Origin: Phycisphaerae bacterium
Lineage (GTDB): Bacteria > Planctomycetota > Phycisphaerae > UBA1845 > Fen-1342
Reading direction: 5' to 3'
Length of the DNA stretch: 64,000 bases
NCBI GenBank assembly: GCA_963675745.2
Contig: CAXXWX010000028.1
Location: forward strand, 32,001 to 96,000
Made by a program: the position numbers and the translations under genes
Notes under the pieces: generated by a model
What the model was told of the DNA's origin: nothing
The model's input: only the letters and a program-made list of their open reading frames with translations
The model's database searches: none
In this document: piece by piece, positions 1-9,757 of the stretch
Position numbering within the stretch: position 1 is the first letter of the stretch
Layout of the letters: each line of letters starts with the position of its first letter

Positions 1-1
1 C

Positions 2-865
2 GCGGGTCAGGAGTGGTCCGCCGACGACCTGATAGTGGTTGAAGGAAGCGTGATTCCGTCGCTTGACTTGAACGACATCCTGAATGCACACCGCCAGTCG
101 GGCGCCGGTCTGACCGTTGTCGTGGAGCAGGCCGCCGCCAAGCGCGTTGACACGGCCGTGGGTTTGCGCCCGGTCGGGATCTATCTGCTGGCGCGGCGGG
201 TGCTGGATCTAATCCCGGAGACCGGCTATCAGGACATCAAGGAGGGCCTGATCCCGTTGTTGTACCGGGCTGACGAGCCCATCCTGCCGTATCGCACCGA
301 CGCGCCCTGCCCGCGCATCACAAACGTTGACACATATCTTGCGGCAAACGAGTGGGCGATTCATCAGATCGTCGCGGATGAGGCAAGCAACGCATGGGGC
401 CCCCGCCGGGGCAACACACGCATCCACGCGACCGCCGAGGTGGCTGCGGACGCCAGGTTCATCGGCCCGGTGCTGATCGGACCCGGGGCGAGGATTGGGG
501 CGGCGACAACCATTGTGGGCCCCACAGTGGTCGGACGCGGCTGTGAAGTTGGCAGCGACGTGTTGATTTGCCGTTCGGCGTTATGGGATCAATGCAAGGT
601 CGGCGCGGGGGCGACTGTTGACCACTGCATTCTGCCGTTTGGCGCAACGGTGAAACCGAACACAGGCATCATGAATCGCCTGTGCACTCCGGGGCCCATA
701 ACCACGTACGGGTCCGAATCCGTAGCCGACCGGGAAGCACGCCCCGGCGACATCAAGCATGCTAAACATGACGGCCGGGACAGCCGATCAGCGAGGTATC
801 CGCGAACTAAGCTGCCGATTCTTGATGCCGTTGCGCGGTGGATGAGCGTAGGCGATGCCCGATAG
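2..865 (+). CDS. NDP-sugar pyrophosphorylase family protein with C-terminal left-handed beta-helix (5' partial)
   Basis: Frame is open from base 2 (AGQEWSADDLIVVEG...). Shows GIYLL and DIKEGLIPLL segments of the mannose-1-P guanylyltransferase type, then hexapeptide repeats (IGPVLIGPGARIGAATTIVGPTVVGRGCEVG). Confidence 0.75.
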   Translation, partial: AGQEWSADDLIVVEGSVIPSLDLNDILNAHRQSGAGLTVVVEQAAAKRVDTAVGLRPVGIYLLARRVLDLIPETGYQDIKEGLIPLLYRADEPILPYRTDAPCPRITNVDTYLAANEWAIHQIVADEASNAWGPRRGNTRIHATAEVAADARFIGPVLIGPGARIGAATTIVGPTVVGRGCEVGSDVLICRSALWDQCKVGAGATVDHCILPFGATVKPNTGIMNRLCTPGPITTYGSESVADREARPGDIKHAKHDGRDSRSARYPRTKLPILDAVARWMSVGDAR

Positions 866-3119
866 CATGAAACCGGATTCAGTGTCCGACGAGTGGTCTG
901 ATGCGCTGGTGCCGAGTGGCCCCGCGCCCGCGCCCGCCGTCCTGGCCGGCCATTCTGAACATCACCACACAATGCCTCACGGCATGTCAACCGCGCGGCT
1001 GCTTCAACACAAGTGGTTGGGACTCGCCGTGTTTCTGGTGGTGGCCGTCCCGGTCATTGGCGTAGTCATCTTCACGCACGTCCCGGTATATGAAGCGCGC
1101 GCAACGATCGAAGTCTCTCCGACCGTCGAGAACATCGTCAGTGATCCGACCTCTGTGCCGCGCTATCGCCAGTACCTGAACGACCAGGCCGCCCTGATCC
1201 AGAGCGACCGCATCCTTCAGCGCGTACTCGATCAGGCCCCGGTGCGCGAGACCGAGTGGTTCAAAAGCGCCGCGGCGTTGAACGGCTCGCGATTGCATGG
1301 AATGCGCAGCGCGCTGAGTGTGAGTCCCCGAAGCAACACGTCACTGATCGACATCAGCATGTCGGCTGAATCCCCATCCGAGGCGACGTTGATTGCCAAC
1401 GCCGTGATGGATGAGTACCTGTCCGAGGTGTATGGCCGCGCGAATGAGACCGGGAACATCCGTCTCAGTCGCATTGAGGATGAGCTCAAGACCTTGCGCG
1501 GGAATATCGACGATCTGCGGGCCGGGATAACCGCGCAGCGCGCCGACGCCGGCCACTGGTCTCCCGAACAGCTACTGGCGCAACAACGCATGCGTCTTGA
1601 CCAGCGTCAGGTCGAGCGCGAGGCCATTCGCAACCGGATCACGATCGCCACGTGGCGCCTGGACCAGCTCAAGGCGCGGCAAGAGCGCCTGGCCAATCCG
1701 GAGGATGCGTCGACCACGCAACCATCCGAGTTGGAGGACATTCTGCCGCCGCCCCCCTACGAAGCAGATCCGGAGTGGCGCCGCTTGAATCTGGCCTGTC
1801 AGTCGGCCAAGGACGCAATAGAGCTGGAAACTCATCTGGGTGACGAGCACCCGCGCATGGTCAAGCTGCGTACGGCGGAACAGCAGGCGGAAGCCAAGCT
1901 CAGAACGCACGAGCAGCAGTTGGACGTCGCCTGGAGCGTCGCCCCGCCGACGAGCGGCGATGCGACCGTTGCCGGCGGGGTACCCCAGCCTACCGAACAT
2001 GATCTCCGCGAGCTGATCGCACTTACGCAGGAGGAGCTGAAGCTGCAGGAGGCGGCGATCCGCGACGAGGAAGAGCGGGTTCAACGCAGCGCCAAAATCG
2101 CAGCGCGCCTGCAGGAACGGCTGAACGAACTCGCACACTTCGAGCAGCGCTACGAGGAGCTGCGCGATCGCAAGGTCACGATGGTCATGGAGAGTCGGGC
2201 GCCCGCTTCCATTCGCGCGTTTGATCGCGCGATGGTGCGTCCCGAGCCGGTCAACACGCGCACGCGCCTGATGATGATCGCCGCGGCCCTGTTTGGCAGC
2301 CTGTTTCTTGGCGTGGGCGCCGCGTATGTGCGGGCACGCGCCGCCACGGCGATTCAGGACTTCGATGAGATGGCCTTTACCAAGGCCCCGTTCCTGGGCT
2401 TCATTCCCATCGTACGCAGTCCCGAGTTAGCTGAATCGGCCGTGCGTGCCGAGCACATTCGCATGGTACGTACCGCCTTGCTCCAGCGCCTTGCCACCGG
2501 ACATGGCAAGACCATTCAGATCACCAGCGCCGGCCCCGGGGCCGGAAAGTCCACGCTTGCCGTGCTGCTGGCCGACAGTCTGGCGCGTTGCGGCAAGAAG
2601 GTGCTGCTGGTTGACGGCGATCTGCGCAACCCCAGTCTGCACGAGCGCTGCCAGATCAAAGCCGAACCCGGTCTCATAGACGTGCTCCGCGCGCGGGCTT
2701 CCGACGCCGAGGCAATCACGGCAATGACCGGCTCCGGCATCGCCATTCTGCCCGCGGGCCACATGCAGGGCGCCGCGGATGCCGAACTGCTGGCGAACGG
2801 GGTGCTGTCCCGCGTCGTCCAGCGCTGGTCGGACCAGTTTGACATCATCCTGTTCGACAGCGCCCCGCTGCTGCCGGTCGCCGACGCGCGCATTCTCGCG
2901 ACGCAGGTAAGCGGGACGTTGATGGTTGTGCGCCAGAAACACTGTCACCGCGCGGACGTTTCGGATGCCATGCGGCAGCTCACCATGTCAGGCGCGACCG
3001 TGATGGGCATGGTGTTTGTCGGCGAACGACGCTACGGCACCTACCGCAACGCCTATTACGCCGAAGGGTATTACGGAACTGGAACCGACCATCTGGCGCT
3101 CGATGCCCGGGAGGTCTAG
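855..3119 (+). CDS. wzc: Polysaccharide co-polymerase / BY-kinase (Wzc/GumC family)
   Basis: Two TM segments flank a coiled-coil periplasmic region. Walker A GPGAGKST, Walker A' VLLVDGDLRNP, Walker B IILFDSAPLL and a C-terminal Tyr cluster RYGTYRNAYYAEGYYG. Confidence 0.9.
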   Translation: MPDSMKPDSVSDEWSDALVPSGPAPAPAVLAGHSEHHHTMPHGMSTARLLQHKWLGLAVFLVVAVPVIGVVIFTHVPVYEARATIEVSPTVENIVSDPTSVPRYRQYLNDQAALIQSDRILQRVLDQAPVRETEWFKSAAALNGSRLHGMRSALSVSPRSNTSLIDISMSAESPSEATLIANAVMDEYLSEVYGRANETGNIRLSRIEDELKTLRGNIDDLRAGITAQRADAGHWSPEQLLAQQRMRLDQRQVEREAIRNRITIATWRLDQLKARQERLANPEDASTTQPSELEDILPPPPYEADPEWRRLNLACQSAKDAIELETHLGDEHPRMVKLRTAEQQAEAKLRTHEQQLDVAWSVAPPTSGDATVAGGVPQPTEHDLRELIALTQEELKLQEAAIRDEEERVQRSAKIAARLQERLNELAHFEQRYEELRDRKVTMVMESRAPASIRAFDRAMVRPEPVNTRTRLMMIAAALFGSLFLGVGAAYVRARAATAIQDFDEMAFTKAPFLGFIPIVRSPELAESAVRAEHIRMVRTALLQRLATGHGKTIQITSAGPGAGKSTLAVLLADSLARCGKKVLLVDGDLRNPSLHERCQIKAEPGLIDVLRARASDAEAITAMTGSGIAILPAGHMQGAADAELLANGVLSRVVQRWSDQFDIILFDSAPLLPVADARILATQVSGTLMVVRQKHCHRADVSDAMRQLTMSGATVMGMVFVGERRYGTYRNAYYAEGYYGTGTDHLALDAREV

Positions 3120-3125
3120 CGCGCC

Positions 3126-4895
3126 ATGTCCGTATTTCCGGTATTCGTTGATTCGCGGCCGACATACTTCGGTGAGGTCGAGACCTCGCTACTGCAGATG
3201 CCCTATGGGCACGGCACAATCCTGACCTATTTGCGCGATCACGTTTCTCCGCCCGATGCGGGCGCGCCGCACGTATTGGCCGCCTTCAATCCTCCGCCCG
3301 GCTACGAAGAGGCTATCCGACGGAGTCTGCCGCACGTCGGCTCCATTGTTGGCTCGGGGCGCTTCGGGCGGCTCCTGGATGAGTTTGAACCCTCGGACTG
3401 GCTGCTGTTGATCGACCCGGCGCAGTTCCCACGTGACGGCTACGTGCGTCGCGACCTGTTGCACCTGATCGCGGACACCCATCCGGTCAGGCACATGGTG
3501 TCCACCGACCGCGGCAGCGATTGTGCGCAGGAACGTGTGCTGCTGGACGAACGCGGCGCCGTGCGGCGTATTCAGCGTTACTACGCGGGTGTCACCTGGG
3601 TCGATAGCTGCGCCGTATCCTACTCGCTGGTCTCCGCCTCTGCCGCTCGCGTCGTCGGCGATCACTCGGTGTCGAGTTTGGGCGACCTACGGCATATCCT
3701 CATGACACGCGGCATCTCCACGCGGGACTGGTTTCTGAGTAACGGCACGATCGATCTACGTCAGGAATACGGGCTGCTGCATCTCAGCGATCTGAACCTC
3801 CAGCAAGCCGAGTCGCGCGGCCAGCGCGTCACGCCACGCGAAAACGGATGTACCGTCGACAAAACAGCACGCTTGCGCGGGCCGTGCACGCTGCAAAACG
3901 GCGTGGTGGTGGAAGCTAATGCGCTGATCATCGGGCCGACCGTTATCGGGGCGCGTGCGCGAATCGGGCGTGACGCCGTGGTCGCCCAGTGCGTCGTGGC
4001 CGAAGACACTGTCGTACCACCGGGGGCGCAGTTGCGACATCACGTGTTGCTGCCCAACCACACGAATCATGAGGCGCGCGTTTGCGCCCAGCGCGAGCCG
4101 GCGGCCGCGCTCAGAGATGACTTTGTCAGCGATGGTCACACGACGCGCGGCGCCGCACGTTCGCGGCTCGGTACGCGGGCATTCCTCGCGACCAAGCGCT
4201 GCGTCGACACGTTGCTGGCCCTGGTCGGCCTGATCCTGCTGTCCCCGCTGATGTTGCTGACGGCGGTCGCGATCAAGCTGACCTCCCCCGGGCCGATACT
4301 CTTTGGCCACGAGCGCGAGAGCGGCGGTGGTCGCGGGTTCAAGTGCTGGAAATTCCGCACGATGGTCTCCGACGCCCACGCCATGCAGCGTGAGCTCTAC
4401 CGGCAAAACAAGCTTGACGGCCCCCAGTTCAAAATGACCTCGGACCCGCGCATCACCCCATTGGGACGCATCTTGCGCAACAGCAACGTTGACGAGCTAC
4501 CGCAGCTCTTGAACGTACTCAAAGGCGACATGAGCCTCATCGGGCCGCGGCCATCTCCGTTTCGCGAGAACCAGATCTGCGTGCCCTGGCGTCAGGCCCG
4601 GCTCTCGGTGCGCCCCGGTATCACCGGACTCTGGCAGGTTTGCCGCAGCGATCGTGCCACGGGCGACTTCCACCAGTGGATCTACTTCGACACGCTTTAC
4701 GTGCGCCACATGTCCGTGGCACTTGATCTCAAGATTCTCCTCGCGACAATCCTCACTCTTGGTGGGCGCTGGAGTATGCCGCTCGAGTGGCTGATCTCCG
4801 CGCGCCGTTTAAACGCCGATGCGTCGGCCACCTTGCCATCCCGCGTCCCCATGTTGGCTGACGGCGATATGCCCGTAGCGCCTGCCGCCGACTGA
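3126..4895 (+). CDS. Priming sugar transferase (polyprenyl-phosphate phosphoglycosyltransferase) fused to nucleotidyltransferase-like and hexapeptide-repeat domains
   Basis: C-terminal Bac_transf motifs [54 protein letters not shown] central LbH repeat [19 protein letters not shown]. Confidence 0.85.
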   Translation: MSVFPVFVDSRPTYFGEVETSLLQMPYGHGTILTYLRDHVSPPDAGAPHVLAAFNPPPGYEEAIRRSLPHVGSIVGSGRFGRLLDEFEPSDWLLLIDPAQFPRDGYVRRDLLHLIADTHPVRHMVSTDRGSDCAQERVLLDERGAVRRIQRYYAGVTWVDSCAVSYSLVSASAARVVGDHSVSSLGDLRHILMTRGISTRDWFLSNGTIDLRQEYGLLHLSDLNLQQAESRGQRVTPRENGCTVDKTARLRGPCTLQNGVVVEANALIIGPTVIGARARIGRDAVVAQCVVAEDTVVPPGAQLRHHVLLPNHTNHEARVCAQREPAAALRDDFVSDGHTTRGAARSRLGTRAFLATKRCVDTLLALVGLILLSPLMLLTAVAIKLTSPGPILFGHERESGGGRGFKCWKFRTMVSDAHAMQRELYRQNKLDGPQFKMTSDPRITPLGRILRNSNVDELPQLLNVLKGDMSLIGPRPSPFRENQICVPWRQARLSVRPGITGLWQVCRSDRATGDFHQWIYFDTLYVRHMSVALDLKILLATILTLGGRWSMPLEWLISARRLNADASATLPSRVPMLADGDMPVAPAAD

Positions 4896-4934
4896 TCAGC
4901 GGTACGGGTACACTAATGATGTCGTGAGGCTCCC

Positions 4935-6053
4935 ATGACAACCAGCGCTGCTGTTGACTGCAACCGCATAACACGCCTGCGAGAGATCGCGCTGCGCGCC
5001 TTGCCGCGCATGTACCTGCCTGAGCAGCGGCGCTTCGTCTTCCGCGTGCGCCGATCCGCCGACGGCGTTGTCCCGCAGGGTGTGAGCCTGCGTTACACGG
5101 CGATAACGCTGATCGGATTGGCTGGTGAGCAGGAACATGTGGCCGCGGACGTGCTCGGCGCGGGGTCTGTCGGCAGCGTCTGCCAGGATCTACTGGCCGC
5201 CGCACCAACTCTGACCAACGCCGGTGACGTCGCGCTGTCGATCTGGGCGGCGCATCGCGCCGGACAGCACGACACCGACCGCGCACTCGCGCACCTGCGA
5301 AGCCTGCTCCACCAACCAGGGCTGCCCACGGTAGAAGTCGCCTGGGCGCTTACAGCCTTGTCGCTGGCCCCCAATCACGCGGCGGTCGAGTCGTTGCGCG
5401 CCGAGGTCGCGCAGCGGCTGCGATCGGCGTTTGTGGCGACTACGGGGTTATTCAGACATCATGTAGACAATCCCAGCGGGCTGCGCGCACACGTCGGCTG
5501 TTTTGCCGACCTCGTTTACCCGATCCAGGCGTATGCGCACTATGCACGCGTCGCGCCGGATTCCGACGCGCTGGTGCTGGCCGGGCAGTGCGCCCAGGCC
5601 ACCTGCGACCGGCTCGGCGCCGCCGGGCAATGGTGGTGGCACTACGACGTCCGGAGCGGCCAGGTGCTGGAGGGCTATCCGGTGTACTCTGTCCACCAGG
5701 ATGCGATGGCCCCCATGGCCTTGCTGGATCTGGCGGACGCCGGCGGCACGTTGCATCGTGAGGCCATTGATCGGGGCCTGGCCTGGCTGGCCGCATCCCC
5801 CGAGCTCAATGGGGCATCGCTGGTGGACGATAAGATAGGGATAATCTGGCGCAAAGTGGCACGCCGCGAGCCGCGCAAGCTGGTCCGCCGCTCCCAGGCA
5901 CTGGCGGCGCGCGTGCACTCGGCGTTGCGCGTTCCCGGCGTGAACACGTTATTTCCACCCGGCGCCATCGACGACGAATGCCGGCCCTATCATCTCGGTT
6001 GGCTACTGTACGCCTGGCCGCAGCAGCGTGCCACGGATTGGTGTGCCGCGTAA
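4935..6053 (+). CDS. Hypothetical protein, probably all-alpha (alpha/alpha toroid-like), in the EPS operon
   Basis: 372-aa ORF co-oriented and tightly spaced in the operon. Has aromatic-rich motifs GQWWWHYD, YPVYSVHQDAMAPMAL, PYHLGW. No family recognised with certainty. Confidence 0.6.
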   Translation: MTTSAAVDCNRITRLREIALRALPRMYLPEQRRFVFRVRRSADGVVPQGVSLRYTAITLIGLAGEQEHVAADVLGAGSVGSVCQDLLAAAPTLTNAGDVALSIWAAHRAGQHDTDRALAHLRSLLHQPGLPTVEVAWALTALSLAPNHAAVESLRAEVAQRLRSAFVATTGLFRHHVDNPSGLRAHVGCFADLVYPIQAYAHYARVAPDSDALVLAGQCAQATCDRLGAAGQWWWHYDVRSGQVLEGYPVYSVHQDAMAPMALLDLADAGGTLHREAIDRGLAWLAASPELNGASLVDDKIGIIWRKVARREPRKLVRRSQALAARVHSALRVPGVNTLFPPGAIDDECRPYHLGWLLYAWPQQRATDWCAA

Positions 6054-6065
6054 GAGACTCGATAG

Positions 6066-6839
6066 ATGGGCCCTGAAGCAAACACCAAGGTCGTCGTGCT
6101 GGGAGTGCCGATCGATGCGCTGACCATGGACCAGATGGTCGCGCATGCCGCGCGCGTGATCGAACAGCGCGAGCATATGCTCGTCGGCGTGGTCAACGCC
6201 GCCAAGCTGGTGAACATGCATCGCCAGCCGAAGCTGCGGGCCGCCGTCACCGCCGCTGACGTGATTCTGGCTGACGGTATGGGAGTCGTGTGGGCCGCCC
6301 GTTTTCTGCGGCTGCCGTTGCCGGAACGCGTGCCGGGCATTGACTTGATGATGCGTCTGTTGGCGCTGGCGCACGAGCGGCGTCACCGAGTCTTCTGTCT
6401 TGGCGCAACGCAAGAGGTGCTGGACGAGGTACTCGCGCAGATTCGGCGCGACTATCCCGGTGTGCAAATCGCCGGCGCGCACCACGGATACTTCGACGAG
6501 GCCAACGATCAGGATGTCGCCGAACAGATCATGTCGGCCAAGCCGGATATGCTCTTCGCGGCCATGAGCTCACCGAAAAAGGAGGAGTTTCTGGCGCGCT
6601 GGAGCAAGCAGATGAACGTGCCGGTGTGTCACGGGGTGGGCGGCGCGTTCGATGTGATGGCGGGCAAGGTCCGCCGCGCTCCGCACATTTGGCAGCGTCT
6701 GGGTATGGAGTGGCTCTATCGCACGCTGCAGGAGCCGAGGCGGCTGTGGCGACGATATCTGGTAACGAATACACTGTTCGGGTGGATGGTGTTGCGGCAG
6801 TGGCTGGGGGCGCGACACCATGCGGAGGCGCTTCATTGA
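6066..6839 (+). CDS. WecB/TagA/CpsF family glycosyltransferase (GT26)
   Basis: Motifs ADGMGVVWAA, ERVPGIDLM, AGAHHGYF, SPKKE, GVGGAFDV, RAPHIWQRLGMEWLYRTLQEPRRLWRRY. Confidence 0.92.
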   Translation: MGPEANTKVVVLGVPIDALTMDQMVAHAARVIEQREHMLVGVVNAAKLVNMHRQPKLRAAVTAADVILADGMGVVWAARFLRLPLPERVPGIDLMMRLLALAHERRHRVFCLGATQEVLDEVLAQIRRDYPGVQIAGAHHGYFDEANDQDVAEQIMSAKPDMLFAAMSSPKKEEFLARWSKQMNVPVCHGVGGAFDVMAGKVRRAPHIWQRLGMEWLYRTLQEPRRLWRRYLVTNTLFGWMVLRQWLGARHHAEALH

Positions 6840-6900
6840 CGGGTGCCATGACGCCGGACACAACCGCGTCCGCGCGACCGGTAGGGCGCCACGAGAGACC

Positions 6901-8187
6901 ATGGCCCAGGAAGTGAATCCAGTGGAGTCCTGCGCGACGCAGCGCGCCGAGCCGGATGCACCGCTGTGCGGGGTGACGCCGGCCGGTGGCGCATCTCCCG
7001 CTGCCCCCATCCGCCTGATGTATCTGATCAGCAGTCTCGAGCATGGCGGTGCCGAGCGCCAGGTGGTACTGCTCGCCAATCGACTGGATCCCGCACGTTT
7101 TGATGTGACAGTGTGCTCGCTGGCGCCGTATGTCCCGCTGGCGGCCACCTTGCGCGACCGCGAACGAAGGCTGCACATCGTCGAGAAACGTTGGAAGGCT
7201 GACGTCGGCCTCGTACGACGCGTCGCCCGACTGATGCGCGCACAGCGCACGCAGGCTGTGCATTGCTTCCTGTTCGATGCCGAGATGGTCGGTAGACTGG
7301 CGGCGTTACTGGCCGGCCGGCCGGTAGTCTTCGCTTCCGAACGCAACACCGACTATGTCATGCCCAAGTCGCACTGGATCGGGCGACGGCTGACACGCTC
7401 GTGCTTTGACCTGATGATCGCCAATTCGGAGGCCGGAAAGCGCTTTAACATGCGTACGCTCGGCATTGCTGAAGACCGTATCCACGTTATCCGCAACGGC
7501 GTTGATCTGGAGCGGTTTCAACCTGTCGACAGGCTGGTGGCGCGGGCATCACTCGAACTGCCGGCCGACGTGCCCGTAATCGGGATGATCGCAACGTTCA
7601 AGCGGCAGAAAAACCACGGCGACTTCCTGCGCGCGGCCGAGCGCCTGCACAAACGCTTCCCCGAGGCGCTGTTCGTATGCGTCGGTGAGCCAATGCGGGC
7701 CAACCAACAGGGCGCCGCAACCTATCACGGCGAGATCCTCACGTTGCTCGAAACACTGTCCGTGAAGAAACAGTGTCGATTCCTGGGCACACGCGACGAC
7801 ATGCCCGCTGTCTACAGCGCTCTGGACATCCTCGTGCTGCCCTCCGAGCGCGAAGGAACACCTAATGTGCTGCTCGAAGCGATGGCCTGCGGTACGCCGG
7901 TAGTGGCCACCGATGTGGCAGACAACGCGGCTGTCGCACCGGACGGCCAAGTCGGTTACATCGTGCCCTTTGGAGATGTTGACGCTCTGACCAACCGGCT
8001 GGAACGACTGTTGTTGGACGTGGAAACCCGTCACGCATTCGGGCGCGCCGCGCGCGCCTGGGTCAGTTGCGAATTCTCCACCGACCGTCTGGTCGAGCAA
8101 ATGAGCGCTGCTTATGACAACACCGTGCGACGCGTGCGCTCGAGTGGCGCGCGGCGCCCAGCGGTATCGACCGCCCAGGCGGATTGA
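6901..8187 (+). CDS. Glycosyltransferase family 4
   Basis: GGAERQV, IRNGVD, KRQKNH, EGTPNVLLEAMACGTPVVATDV. Start is uncertain (6820 or 6901). Confidence 0.88.
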   Translation: MAQEVNPVESCATQRAEPDAPLCGVTPAGGASPAAPIRLMYLISSLEHGGAERQVVLLANRLDPARFDVTVCSLAPYVPLAATLRDRERRLHIVEKRWKADVGLVRRVARLMRAQRTQAVHCFLFDAEMVGRLAALLAGRPVVFASERNTDYVMPKSHWIGRRLTRSCFDLMIANSEAGKRFNMRTLGIAEDRIHVIRNGVDLERFQPVDRLVARASLELPADVPVIGMIATFKRQKNHGDFLRAAERLHKRFPEALFVCVGEPMRANQQGAATYHGEILTLLETLSVKKQCRFLGTRDDMPAVYSALDILVLPSEREGTPNVLLEAMACGTPVVATDVADNAAVAPDGQVGYIVPFGDVDALTNRLERLLLDVETRHAFGRAARAWVSCEFSTDRLVEQMSAAYDNTVRRVRSSGARRPAVSTAQAD

Positions 8188-8358
8188 CCAACAAGGGAAA
8201 CGAATCACGAGCGTGTATGACTGGCTCAAAGCGACACTCGCCCACTCGATGCTCATGATGATTCTCATGACCGTGGCGAGCACACCGCGCCGTGTTTCAC
8301 AGACAACGCAGGGACGCGTTCCCTATGTTCCATTCGAGCAGTTGACCTTTCCGACCCC

Positions 8359-9741
8359 ATGACGATTGCACACGCGACAACCCAGGATGAAAGCCCGGCG
8401 ACGTCCGTGCCACCATGCTGCACGCGTTCCACCCCCCCACCCAATCCACTGGTCTCCTGGGTGGCCCGCATCATCGTGACCGGCATCTACACCGCCGTCG
8501 CGCTGGTTGTACACACCGGCACGTGCATCCGGCGGCTTCTGCGCCTGGGCGTGCGCGGTCAACGGGCCAACCAGCGATGCCTGTTGCTGACGGGTACGTT
8601 TTACAACCGTGGGTGGTTTTGCTCACACGTGTTGCCATTCACGCGCGTGGCCGAGCTCGATGAGGTCATCGTCGTGGGTGACGAGCCGCTGTTTCAACTG
8701 GACAAAGTTACCTACGCGTATCCTCCGGCGTGGCTCAAGCGTGTTCTCGGGCGCGGCGGTGCCCGCCTGCTGCTGATTCTGTACACGGCCTGGCGACGGC
8801 GCCCGGCGACGCTGATGGGCTATCACGTCATGCCCAACGGCCTGTTCTGCCTGATCGCCGCCAAAATCCTGGGTTTGCGCGCCATTTACCAGATGACCGG
8901 CGGCCCGATTCAAGTCTGGGGTGGCGGACACGGCAGCGAGAATATTCTCCTGCGACAACTCGGGCGGCCCTCCTCGCTGCGGCAAGCGTTGCTGTATCAC
9001 ATCGTGCGGCAGTTTGACGCCGTCGTTGTCCGCGGCCGCCGCGCGCGGGAGTTTGTGCGCTCGAATCGGCTCGCGATGCGCTGCCTGATCGTCCCTGGCA
9101 GCGTGGACTGCGAGCGTTTCGCTCCAGGCAGCGGCAAAAAGACGTACGACCTGGTCTGCGTCGGACGGCTGGTTTCAGTGAAGCGCTATGACCGGGTGGT
9201 ACGGCTGGTTGCCGCATTGAATGAGCACGGAACCGCGGTGCGCGTGGCCATCATTGGAGACGGCCCGTTGCTGGCTGAGACTCAGGCGCTCGCAAGCGAG
9301 CTCGGCGTCAGCGAACAGCTCGAGTTCCTCGGCAAGCGTCAGGATGTGGACGAGTGCCTGAAGCAGGCGCGCGCCTTTCTGATAACATCTGAGAATGAAG
9401 GGCTTTCTATTGCGATGATCGAAGCGATGGCCGCCGGTTTGCCGGCCCTCGCCCCCGATGTCGGCGACCTGAGCGATCTGTTGATTGACGGCGAAACCGG
9501 CCTGTTCTTTGATCCGGAGAACCTGGAATCAGAGGCCGCCGGCATCGCCGCGCTGCTGGCGGACAGCGGGCGCCTGGCCCGAATGTCCGCGGCGGCGCGG
9601 CGCGCCGCGGTCGACCATGCCAGCATAGAAGCGGTCGCGGCGCGCTGGTCGCACCACCTGACATCCGCCATGTCAGACGTTACAACGATCGCCGAGTCCG
9701 GCGCGACGCACGCGCACGGCGCAAGCTCGAAGTCCACCTGA
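8359..9741 (+). CDS. Glycosyltransferase family 4
   Basis: VGRLVSVKRY, IIGDGP, EGLSIAMIEAMAAGLP, DGETG. Confidence 0.85.
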   Translation: MTIAHATTQDESPATSVPPCCTRSTPPPNPLVSWVARIIVTGIYTAVALVVHTGTCIRRLLRLGVRGQRANQRCLLLTGTFYNRGWFCSHVLPFTRVAELDEVIVVGDEPLFQLDKVTYAYPPAWLKRVLGRGGARLLLILYTAWRRRPATLMGYHVMPNGLFCLIAAKILGLRAIYQMTGGPIQVWGGGHGSENILLRQLGRPSSLRQALLYHIVRQFDAVVVRGRRAREFVRSNRLAMRCLIVPGSVDCERFAPGSGKKTYDLVCVGRLVSVKRYDRVVRLVAALNEHGTAVRVAIIGDGPLLAETQALASELGVSEQLEFLGKRQDVDECLKQARAFLITSENEGLSIAMIEAMAAGLPALAPDVGDLSDLLIDGETGLFFDPENLESEAAGIAALLADSGRLARMSAAARRAAVDHASIEAVAARWSHHLTSAMSDVTTIAESGATHAHGASSKST

Positions 9742-9757
9742 TCCTGCTGAGTCACAG

